From: Gemmatimonadales bacterium
Lineage (GTDB): Bacteria > Gemmatimonadota > Gemmatimonadetes > Gemmatimonadales > GWC2-71-9
DNA length: 64,000 nucleotides
Direction: 5' to 3'
Assembly (NCBI GenBank): GCA_035456525.1
Contig: DATICZ010000103.1
Coordinates: 5,403 to 69,402 of the forward strand
Under the pieces are notes generated by a model that saw nothing but the letters and a program-made list of their open reading frames with translations, was not told the DNA's origin and made no database searches. The translations under genes and the position numbers were made by a program. Shown piece after piece: positions 1 through 7,442 of the stretch (the stretch's first letter is position 1; each line of letters starts with the position of its first letter).

Positions 1-2323
1 AGCGGCCGCTGGCGGCGAAGGGCTCGGCGTACAACTCGAGCGTCAGGTCGGGCGTGAGCGTGTAGGTCATGCGTAGCTGCGCCGACAGCGTGCTCCGATC
101 GATGACGCCGAACAGGTAGCGCTGGCCGTAGGTGGCAGGCCCGCCGGAATCGAGTGTCGTGATGTACTGACGGGAAGAGATCTCGCGTGAATAACCGGGC
201 GAGACCGACAGCTCGATCCGGTTGGCGGGCCGGATCGATAGCCTGCCGCTCAGCCGGGATGCCTCCCCGCCCAGCGCGTCCGTGCCGTAACTCACCCGGA
301 CGTTCCAGGAGGTCTTCGCACCGAAGCTGTTGCCGACGCGGATGCCGGTGCCCCACGAGTACGGAGTGGCCATGAGCGGCCCGCCGCGCGTCAGCCCGTG
401 GTCGAGCGAGGGCCAGGACTGGTACAGGTACGCGTTGACCGACCAGTAGTTCTTGAAGGTGAGGTCGGCGTTTTGCTGGGTCTGCGCGAACTGCCGGATC
501 CCGCCGAAGTCCCATTCGGCGTCGCCGGAGACATTCAGGCCGAAGCTCTGGTACCACCGCCCCGGATGGGTCTCCCGATAGCCCAGGCTCGCAAAGCCGG
601 TCCGCCCGTCGGCGTTGAACAGCCGGCCCGCATCGTTGAGCTCGAACCCCGGCGACTCGATGCCGAACCCCGCGTCGTAGCGCCAGTGCCCACCACCGGT
701 CTTGCCAAAATCGAGGCCGAGCGTATAGCCGTTCAGCGCAGTCCGCGTGGAATCGAGCCGGATGTAGCCGGCGTCGGGCCGCTGATAGAAATGCGCCGGG
801 CTCGATTGGATGCCGATCAGCGCGGGAGCATCACCCCGCACCGCACTGAATCCCGCATACCCACTCACCTGATAGACCCCGCCGGCCCATCGGATCACCC
901 CGTCCAACCCGCCGGTGAACGCCTGGCGATCCAGCAGCGAGTCGAGCGTCGATCCCGATGCCAGGTCGCGTCGCACGCCGGTGAGGGTGAGGCCGATCGT
1001 CGAGCCGTCGGCGCCGAATTGCTGCTGCGCCCGCACCACGCCGTATCCGGTGGACGGTGCAACCTCGAGACGATGGAAGGTTGCCGTCGCCGTGTCGTAG
1101 GTGCGGGCGAACTCGCGGGCGGTCACCGCCGCGAGCGTCCCCACCGAGAAGCCGCCCGCCGTCCGCCCCGTCACCTTGCCCGCGGCGAGGATCGTGGAGT
1201 TTGACGGATAGTCGACGAAATCGCCCGCCGCGCTCCCGCGCGGCGGTGCGCCGATACGGCGCGAGTAGAAGTAGTTGGGCCCGTTCCCCCGCAGCAGGTG
1301 GCTCCCTTCCAGGAAGAAGGGCCGCTTCTCGTCGAAGAACACCTCGAACGCCGAGAGGTTGACCACCGCCGGATCCGCCTCCACCTGGCCGAAATCGGGG
1401 TTGACGGTCGCGTCGAGCGTGAGGTTCGGCCCCAATCCCATCTTGAGGTCGGTGCCGGCGCGCCCCTCGAGATTCCGGCCGTCGTCGAACGGGTCGGCCG
1501 CGTCGCGCGTGCCGGTGAGCGTGGCGCTCCCCGCCGTGTAGGGCAGCAGCTCGAGCCGCCGCGACGGCGCGATGTCCCGGATTCCCAGCAGCTCGCCCAT
1601 CCACGAGCTCCAGCCGGTGCGGTTCTGGGGTACGGGAATCCAGAAGACGTCCTCGTTGCGTGACGGAATCCAGTGGTCGGCGTTGAACCCCCAGACCTGC
1701 ACGTCGCCGCGGCTGAAGCGGAGCTGGGAAAACGGGATCCGCATCTCGGTGGTCCAGCCCAGGCTGTCGATGACCGCCTTCGCCTCCCACACAGGATCGA
1801 AGGTGGGATCGATGTCGTATTCGTGATCCCGGGGGTGATACCAGTCCATCCGCACGCCGGTCGCCGTCACGCCGAACGAGTAGGCGGTGCGCCGATCGTG
1901 ATAGGTGTCGAAGGACACCCACAGATGCTCGGCCTGCGACGTGTTGTCGCGGCGGCTGAGCGGCGCTTGAATGTGGGACGGGTCGTGGGAATACATCCGG
2001 GCCCCGACATACAGGGCGTGATCGTCGTACACGATGGCGAGCCGCATGCTGTCGGTCGGCGTCCCGCCCTCGACCGGCATCTTCGCGACGAAGTCGTCGA
2101 TCCAGCGGGCCGCGAGCCAGACCGAATCGTCGAGCCGGCCGTCCATCCGGACGGCTCCAGGCGGCACCCGCGCCGCCGTGGCCTGCTTGTGGGGAGGCTC
2201 GGCGTAGGGCCGCGGAGCCGCGGGCGCCTGCGCGCCGAGGCGAGCGACCGCGAGGCCCGCGAGCGCGGGCAGCCAGCCGAGCGAGCGGTAGGCCGTCAGG
2301 GCTGCTTGCGCACGACGCGCCAC
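1..2323 (-). CDS. DUF5916 / carbohydrate-binding-family-9-like outer-membrane-associated protein, partial (C-terminus beyond the left edge)
   Basis: Absent from the ORF track because the frame runs off the window. Manual minus-strand translation gives a signal-peptide-like N-terminus (ARRAQAALTAYRSLGWLPALAGLAVARLGAQA). It continues as natural-looking sequence (DGRLDDSVWLAARWIDDF, NPDFGQVEADPAVVNLSAFEVFFDEKRPFFLEG) down to position 1. The GTG start near 2323 is uncertain. The track ORFs 831..2459(-) and 398..1204(+) are Arg/Gly/Pro-rich shadows. Confidence 0.7.
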   Translation of the reverse strand, partial: MARRAQAALTAYRSLGWLPALAGLAVARLGAQAPAAPRPYAEPPHKQATAARVPPGAVRMDGRLDDSVWLAARWIDDFVAKMPVEGGTPTDSMRLAIVYDDHALYVGARMYSHDPSHIQAPLSRRDNTSQAEHLWVSFDTYHDRRTAYSFGVTATGVRMDWYHPRDHEYDIDPTFDPVWEAKAVIDSLGWTTEMRIPFSQLRFSRGDVQVWGFNADHWIPSRNEDVFWIPVPQNRTGWSSWMGELLGIRDIAPSRRLELLPYTAGSATLTGTRDAADPFDDGRNLEGRAGTDLKMGLGPNLTLDATVNPDFGQVEADPAVVNLSAFEVFFDEKRPFFLEGSHLLRGNGPNYFYSRRIGAPPRGSAAGDFVDYPSNSTILAAGKVTGRTAGGFSVGTLAAVTAREFARTYDTATATFHRLEVAPSTGYGVVRAQQQFGADGSTIGLTLTGVRRDLASGSTLDSLLDRQAFTGGLDGVIRWAGGVYQVSGYAGFSAVRGDAPALIGIQSSPAHFYQRPDAGYIRLDSTRTALNGYTLGLDFGKTGGGHWRYDAGFGIESPGFELNDAGRLFNADGRTGFASLGYRETHPGRWYQSFGLNVSGDAEWDFGGIRQFAQTQQNADLTFKNYWSVNAYLYQSWPSLDHGLTRGGPLMATPYSWGTGIRVGNSFGAKTSWNVRVSYGTDALGGEASRLSGRLSIRPANRIELSVSPGYSREISSRQYITTLDSGGPATYGQRYLFGVIDRSTLSAQLRMTYTLTPDLTLELYAEPFAASGR

Positions 2324-2799
2324 CGTCCCTTCTGGACATCGCGCGTCTGTTCGTGCACGGAGGAGTAGCTCCCCTGCAACGTGTCACCCTGCAGCCGGCC
2401 CACGAACGTCGTGTGGAGCGTGCAGCCGCAATTCGGGTCGGGGTACGGCTCCAGGGCACCGCTCACCTGCCCTCCCGAGACCCGCACGAAGGAAATAGTC
2501 AGCGGCTGCGAGAGGGGTTGCGTGGTGGGTCCGGGTTGCGTGTTGCCGCCCCCCTGACGCGTGAGCCACTGCGGCGTCATGAAGACCTCACCCGTCGCGC
2601 TGTCGGATCCGGCGACGAGCTTGAACACGATGCTCCCGCTCCGGCCGGATTCCACGCTCGAGTAGTCACCGGACCACTCGCCGGCGAGGAGAGAGACGTC
2701 GACTTCACGGCCGACCACCGGCACGGGGGACTGCGAACCACCACAGCCCAGGAGCGTGCCGGCAATCACGACTGCGGGAAGTAACGAGCGTTGGGTCAT
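2296..2799 (-). CDS. hypothetical lipoprotein
   Basis: 167-aa ORF with an ATG start. It has a lipobox-type signal (AVVIAGTLLGC-GGS) and natural composition. It overlaps the downstream gene start by about 27 nt. Confidence 0.7.
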   Translation of the reverse strand: MTQRSLLPAVVIAGTLLGCGGSQSPVPVVGREVDVSLLAGEWSGDYSSVESGRSGSIVFKLVAGSDSATGEVFMTPQWLTRQGGGNTQPGPTTQPLSQPLTISFVRVSGGQVSGALEPYPDPNCGCTLHTTFVGRLQGDTLQGSYSSVHEQTRDVQKGRWRVVRKQP

Positions 2800-2902
2800 G
2801 GGTAGCCTCGAACCGTGGCGGTCTCGCTTCTAGACGCTTGCCGCGCGGCGAAGGTTGCACTCTGATGGTGCGGAGGAATCGCGTCCCGTGCCAGCGTCCG
2901 AG

Positions 2903-3484
2903 CTACCTCTGACCGAACCCGGACGCCTGAAGTACCTGTCGGGCCTGCCACAGATGCCGGCGGTCGTGGGCCGCAAGGAAAGCCAGGTAGCCCCCCAGCG
3001 GCAGGCGGAACAGCCGCATGGCGGGCGACACGACGATCGCCCGCTTGAGGTCCACGCCGGCCGCCACCCGCGTCCGCTCGAGCAGTCGATCTCGCGATTC
3101 GGCAAGCGCGCGCGCCACCGCTCCCCCTCGCATCGCGGTCGCGGGCGGCTCGAAGATGCGAAATGTGCGCATGCGGAACGCCGGGGGTGGCTCCATCGAA
3201 CGGACGTTCCAGCGCGTGAACCACCCGTAGTGGTACGGTCCGCAGGCCGTCCACCCGTGCACCTGAGCCCGTTCGATGGCCAGGTCGAGCGCAGGTAGCG
3301 CGGCGTCCGTACTGGTCGCCAGGTGCAACAGACACTCCCCGATCGACCATCGGCCCGGCGCCGGCCGCCAGTTGACCTGGGCATCGGTCAGAGAAGCCAC
3401 GAGCTCGGCGGCCTCGTGCTTGGTGGACTCGAACTGCCGCACTGCCGCTTCCAGTCCGCCGAACACATCGACTCGTTCCGGCAA
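2903..3484 (-). CDS. DinB family protein
   Basis: The C-terminal ~190 aa of track ORF 2903..3841 read as a DinB-like four-helix protein (WRPAPGRWSIGECLLHLATS ... LAAHDRRHLWQARQVL). The upstream part of the ORF is Arg-rich junk. The in-frame TTG at 3484 (MPERVDVFGGLEAAV) is my proposed start and is uncertain. Confidence 0.7.
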   Translation of the reverse strand: MPERVDVFGGLEAAVRQFESTKHEAAELVASLTDAQVNWRPAPGRWSIGECLLHLATSTDAALPALDLAIERAQVHGWTACGPYHYGWFTRWNVRSMEPPPAFRMRTFRIFEPPATAMRGGAVARALAESRDRLLERTRVAAGVDLKRAIVVSPAMRLFRLPLGGYLAFLAAHDRRHLWQARQVLQASGFGQR

Positions 3485-3539
3485 CGTCCACCCCCATCGG
3501 GTTCCTGGCGAAAGATAAGCAGTGTGGTAGGTTTGCCCC

Positions 3540-3941
3540 GTGTTGACCTCCGTCCGACCGGTGCTGCGGGCGATCGGCGTGACCGTGGTGCCGGAGGCGA
3601 CGCGCCTCGACGAGGCCGGATGGGCGGCGATCGAGGACACCGTCGCCGCCGCCCTCGCCTCCCGGCCCGCCACGCTCCAACGGCAGGTCCTCCTCTTCCT
3701 CCGCGTCGTCGAATGGCTGCCCCTGGTGCGATTCGGGCGCCGGTTCACGCGACTCGATCCGGCCCGCCGTGCGCGCGTTCTGAAGAGCCTGCTGGATGCC
3801 CCGTTGCTCCTGGTGCGGCGCGGCATGTGGGGGCTGCGCACGCTGCTGCTGATGGGCTACTACGGGCGGCCGGAGGTCCGGGATGAGATCGGCTATCGCG
3901 CCCACCCCGGCGGCTGGAACGCGCGCCGGAGGGTGTCGTGA
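3540..3941 (+). CDS. gluconate 2-dehydrogenase subunit 3-like small subunit
   Basis: 133-aa ORF with a GTG start. Its stop overlaps the GMC oxidoreductase start (3938). Both sequence and position are typical of the small partner subunit of membrane-associated GMC flavoprotein dehydrogenases. Confidence 0.65.
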   Translation: MLTSVRPVLRAIGVTVVPEATRLDEAGWAAIEDTVAAALASRPATLQRQVLLFLRVVEWLPLVRFGRRFTRLDPARRARVLKSLLDAPLLLVRRGMWGLRTLLLMGYYGRPEVRDEIGYRAHPGGWNARRRVS

Positions 3942-5449
3942 CTCCCACCCCGCGATCCTACGACGTGGTGGTCGTCGGCTCCGGAGCAGGCGGCGGCACG
4001 GTGGCTCAGGCCCTGGCGCCGCTGGCCCAGGCGGGCCGGCGGGTGCTGGTGCTCGAGCAGGGGCCGCGCTTCGGGAACGACGAGTTCACCGGCCGCGAGC
4101 TCGAGATGGCCGGCGCGCTCTACCACGACGGCGGCGGTTTCCTCAGCGCCGACGGCACGATGACGCTCGCCTTCGCGCACGGCTACGGCGGTTCGACCAT
4201 CGTCTACACCGGCACCTCGCTCAGCGCGCCGGCACGTGTCATCGAACGCTGGGCCGTGCCGGGGCTGGACCATGCCGACGTGCTCCACCGCTCCCAGCGC
4301 TATCTCGGCGAGAACAACGTCCATCGCCTTCCGGCCGAGGAGCTCAACGACAACAATCGTCTGTTCGAAGCGGGAGCCCGCAAGGCCGGGTACGCCGTGG
4401 AGCAGTTCCCCGTGAACGTGAAGGGTTGCCGGGGCTCGTCCCTGTGCAACCTGGGATGTCCCAACCAGGCGAAGCAGGGAACGAATCGCGTGCAGCTCCC
4501 CGCCGCCGAACGCGGTGGCGTCGAAGTCGTCACCCGGGCCGAAGTGCTACGGATCGCGCCGGACCGTTCCCTCACCGTGCGGGTGAGCGAGCGACCCGCC
4601 GGCGCGAAGGGCCTGCCCTCCGAATGGCCGCCGGGGGAATACCGCGTGGCGGCGAAGATCGTCGTCTGTGCGGCAGGCGCGCTGGGAACCCCGCCACTGT
4701 TGCTCCGCTCCCCGCTCCCCGCCCCCCGCTCCCTGGGCGAGGGCTTCACGTGCCACCCGGCGTTGATCCTGGTGGCCGAGCATGGGACGCCGATCACGAA
4801 CGACGTCGGTCACCCCAAGAGCTTCTTCGTGGATCGTGCGGCGGAGGAGCGGTTCGTGCTCGAGACGTGCATGTACTTCCCCTTCACCACCGCCAAGGCG
4901 CTGAACGGGTTCGGTCCCGAGCACAGCGCCCTGATGCGGGCCTTTCCGCGACAGCAGCAGATCCTCGTCTTGGCCATCGACCGGGCCGCGGACGGCAATC
5001 GCGTCGGGATCGACCGGGACGGCAACCCGGTCGTCCACTACGCGTATTCACCCGAGACGGTGACGGGTCTGGTGCAGGGCAATCGCGCCGCCGCTCGCAT
5101 CTTCTTCGCCGCCGGTGCAGTGCGGGTGCACGCGCCGTTCGCGGAGCCTCCGACCATCGAGGCCCGCGATGCCGGCCGGCTGGATGCGCTGATCGATGCG
5201 CGACATTGGAAGCCCGGGAAGCAGGCGATCAGCTCGGCCCACCTCATGGGCGGGTGCCGGATGGGAACGTCCACCGCCGACTCGGTGACCGACGCCTGGG
5301 GCCGAGTGCACGGCATCCCCTGGTTGTTCGTCGCCGACGCCTCGCTCTTCCCTGACGCCCTCGAGATCAACCCCTACGTGACCATCATGGCGCTGGCCGA
5401 CCGCGTGGCGGAGGCAGTCCTGGGTGACGCCCCGCAGTTCCTAGGCTGA
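3938..5449 (+). CDS. GMC family FAD-dependent oxidoreductase
   Basis: 503 aa. It has the N-terminal dinucleotide-binding motif YDVVVVGSGAGGGTVAQALA and a conserved C-terminal GMC region (SAHLMGGCRMG ... LFVADASLFP). Confidence 0.9.
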   Translation: MTPTPRSYDVVVVGSGAGGGTVAQALAPLAQAGRRVLVLEQGPRFGNDEFTGRELEMAGALYHDGGGFLSADGTMTLAFAHGYGGSTIVYTGTSLSAPARVIERWAVPGLDHADVLHRSQRYLGENNVHRLPAEELNDNNRLFEAGARKAGYAVEQFPVNVKGCRGSSLCNLGCPNQAKQGTNRVQLPAAERGGVEVVTRAEVLRIAPDRSLTVRVSERPAGAKGLPSEWPPGEYRVAAKIVVCAAGALGTPPLLLRSPLPAPRSLGEGFTCHPALILVAEHGTPITNDVGHPKSFFVDRAAEERFVLETCMYFPFTTAKALNGFGPEHSALMRAFPRQQQILVLAIDRAADGNRVGIDRDGNPVVHYAYSPETVTGLVQGNRAAARIFFAAGAVRVHAPFAEPPTIEARDAGRLDALIDARHWKPGKQAISSAHLMGGCRMGTSTADSVTDAWGRVHGIPWLFVADASLFPDALEINPYVTIMALADRVAEAVLGDAPQFLG

Positions 5450-6358
5450 CAGCGGCGGCACGCTGGGCCGCCATTCCCGGTAGAACAGTTCCTGCTCGAT
5501 GCCGGAAATACGTGCCGCGGGACGCGCCGGGGATCGCTCCGGAGTCCCGAGAAACTCCACCACCTGGGCCACGACCTCGGGGCTCCGCACGAGCGGCGAG
5601 TGCCCCAATCCGCGCGTCGTGACGAACCGGCTGCCGGGCCAGGCGCCGACGATGGCTGCGCCCTCCATCCAGGGGACCACGTCATCCGTGGCGTCGTGGA
5701 TCACGAGGAGCGGAGTTGTGCGGCGGCGGGCCATCGCCACGACGTCGAGCTCATCCCACGAGAAGGCGATGCGGCGCTCGGTGGCCGCTCGCATCTGCGC
5801 CACCACGTCGGGCCGCAGGCCGAGCCGTTGCGCCCAGCGCAGGGTATGCGCGATGGGGTCCGCATTAGGCGCGAGGAAAGCGGCGCGCGACACCGGCAAT
5901 CCCCATTCCATGGCGAGCGTCGCCACCACGGCGCCGAGCGAGTGCGCGATCACCGCGTGCGCCGGACCTACGGCCTCGGCGAGGGCGGCGAGCGTACGCG
6001 CCAGTTGCGGTGCCGAGCTCAATTGCCCTTCCGACGCGCCGTGCCCGATGCCGTCGAAGGCGATCACCCGGAACCCGGCGGCCTGGAGCGGCCGCACATA
6101 GGCCGTGAGCCGGCCGCCACGTGATCCCCAGCCGTGCACCAGATACGCAATGGGCCCGCCGGCCGGGCCCCAGGACCAGCAGGCGACGCGGTGGCCCTCC
6201 ACCCGCACGGTGAACGGCCTGCCCCGCTCCAGCTCGGCGCGCATGGCGGGCGTCAGCTGCGAGCGGGGTGGGGTGAAGAACAACCGCTCGGCCAGTGCGG
6301 CCGCCCGGGATGGAGACACCGCCTGCAAGGAACGAAAGCCGAGTCGGAGCAGTCGCAT
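5441..6358 (-). CDS. alpha/beta hydrolase
   Basis: 305 aa. Oxyanion-type HGWGS motif, nucleophile elbow AHSLG, and a C-terminal GLGHS histidine region. Confidence 0.85.
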   Translation of the reverse strand: MRLLRLGFRSLQAVSPSRAAALAERLFFTPPRSQLTPAMRAELERGRPFTVRVEGHRVACWSWGPAGGPIAYLVHGWGSRGGRLTAYVRPLQAAGFRVIAFDGIGHGASEGQLSSAPQLARTLAALAEAVGPAHAVIAHSLGAVVATLAMEWGLPVSRAAFLAPNADPIAHTLRWAQRLGLRPDVVAQMRAATERRIAFSWDELDVVAMARRRTTPLLVIHDATDDVVPWMEGAAIVGAWPGSRFVTTRGLGHSPLVRSPEVVAQVVEFLGTPERSPARPAARISGIEQELFYREWRPSVPPLSA

Positions 6359-6375
6359 CGGTAATCAACCTCTGT

Positions 6376-6972
6376 TCAGTGAGCCGCGCGTGCGCCCGAG
6401 AGCAACGTCTCGAACGCGCGCCGAGCACGCGTTTCGGCCTGGGGGTCACGCAGCAGACGCGACGCGTGGTGATAGGCCAACATCACTCCGTACACGTCAT
6501 GCGCGAATTGTTCCGGGTCGGCACGGTCATGAAACGCCCCGGCCTCAACTCCCTTTTGCAGCGACGTTGCGATAACGCCGAGCCATTGTCGCTGGATCCC
6601 GACAAGGTGCTCGCGAACCGAACCCGGACGATCGTCGAGCTCGACCGACGCCTGGACGAACAGGCACCCGCCCGGCAGTGGACTGGATTGCGACCAGTCG
6701 AGCCAGCGCTCGAACAACGCCCGCAGCCTCGGCTCGCCGCGGGGCTCGGCGAGCGCGGGACGGATCACGTGCTCGACGAACTGCGCCGCGGCATGCTCGA
6801 GCACCTGGAGCTGGAGCGCTTCCTTCGAGTGGAAGTGCGCGAAGAGGCCGCTCTTGGACAGCTCCAACTCGGCGGCGAGCGCGCCGATCGTGACGCCCTC
6901 GAGGCCGGCTTTGCTCGCGAGCCCGGTCGCGCGCGCGAGAATCGCCTGTCGAGTGAGGTCGCCCTTGCGCAT
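6376..6972 (-). CDS. TetR/AcrR family transcriptional regulator
   Basis: 198 aa. N-terminal TetR HTH (ILARATGLASKAGLEGVTIGALAAELELSKSGLFAHFHSKEAL). Confidence 0.9.
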   Translation of the reverse strand: MRKGDLTRQAILARATGLASKAGLEGVTIGALAAELELSKSGLFAHFHSKEALQLQVLEHAAAQFVEHVIRPALAEPRGEPRLRALFERWLDWSQSSPLPGGCLFVQASVELDDRPGSVREHLVGIQRQWLGVIATSLQKGVEAGAFHDRADPEQFAHDVYGVMLAYHHASRLLRDPQAETRARRAFETLLSGARAAH

Positions 6973-6985
6973 CCACTAGATTAGC

Positions 6986-6997
6986 ACGAACGTTCGT
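6986..6997. promoter_or_regulatory. 12-bp perfect palindrome ACGAACGTTCGT, candidate TetR operator
   Basis: Read directly from the sequence. It lies 14 nt upstream of the TetR start (6972) and 65 nt upstream of the divergent ORF at 7062. Confidence 0.5.
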
Positions 6998-7061
6998 TTT
7001 CTGCAACCCAGTCCCGTAACACGCTGTAGCACAGTAACTTCTCGATTGTGGAGCACACCAC

Positions 7062-7280
7062 ATGACGGAGGTATTCGATCGTGCTGGAGCGGGGCCCGTA
7101 ATGCTCGCCGCCCTTCGGGACGAGCTGGCTCCGCTGCACAACTTGGGCGACGTGCTCACCTGGGCACGCACCCTCCATCCGCCGGTGACCGCACCGGCGG
7201 TCGTCACGCAGGACGAATACACGCACGATGTGCTGGTGCCGTGGCGCGATGGGCTCACCCTCGCGTTCGACGTCACCTGA
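7062..7280 (+). CDS. hypothetical small protein, as delimited by the first TGA
   Basis: 72-aa ATG ORF with natural composition (MTEVFDRAGAGPVMLAALRDELAPLHNLGDVLTWARTL...). It is divergent from tetR. The TGA at 7278-7280 may not be the true end; see the next two features. Confidence 0.6.
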   Translation: MTEVFDRAGAGPVMLAALRDELAPLHNLGDVLTWARTLHPPVTAPAVVTQDEYTHDVLVPWRDGLTLAFDVT

Positions 7281-7442
7281 CTGGGCGCCCTGACGGCGGT
7301 CGCCGTCTGGGATCATCGCCCCGCCGACCGGGAGCTGCTCGACGCGCGGCTGGAACGGGGCTGGCGCCCCACGCCCAGCCTGCTCAAAGGAGGTGCGAAA
7401 GTGCTCGGATACGCCGCCTGCATCTTTAGCCGTCATGCCTGA
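7281..7442 (+). other. in-frame coding-like extension after the TGA (53 codons), i.e. a candidate Sec-recoded or nonsense-interrupted C-terminal half
   Basis: The 7062 frame stays open from 7281 to the TGA at 7440-7442, which overlaps the ATG at 7435 of the next gene. It translates as LGALTAVAVWDHRPADRELLDARLERGWRPTPSLLKGG... There is no ATG, GTG or TTG in this frame between 7281 and 7400. Hand-counted codon-position GC over 7281-7385 is about 89/57/91 percent, in phase with the upstream ORF. Confidence 0.4.
7288..7311 (+). promoter_or_regulatory. SECIS-like hairpin downstream of the UGA
   Basis: GACGGC (7292-7297) pairs with GCCGTC (7302-7307) around the loop GGTC (7298-7301). The stem is extended by CCC/GGG (7288-7290 / 7309-7311) across a T-T mismatch. 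Loop G and U fall at +22/+23 counted from the U of UGA. Confidence 0.35.

Noticed and set aside
831-2459. 542-aa minus-strand ORF and 398..1204(+) in the first 2.4 kb
   Set aside because: Both are Arg/Gly-rich junk. The real gene is in another minus-strand frame that runs off the left edge, so it is missing from the ORF track.
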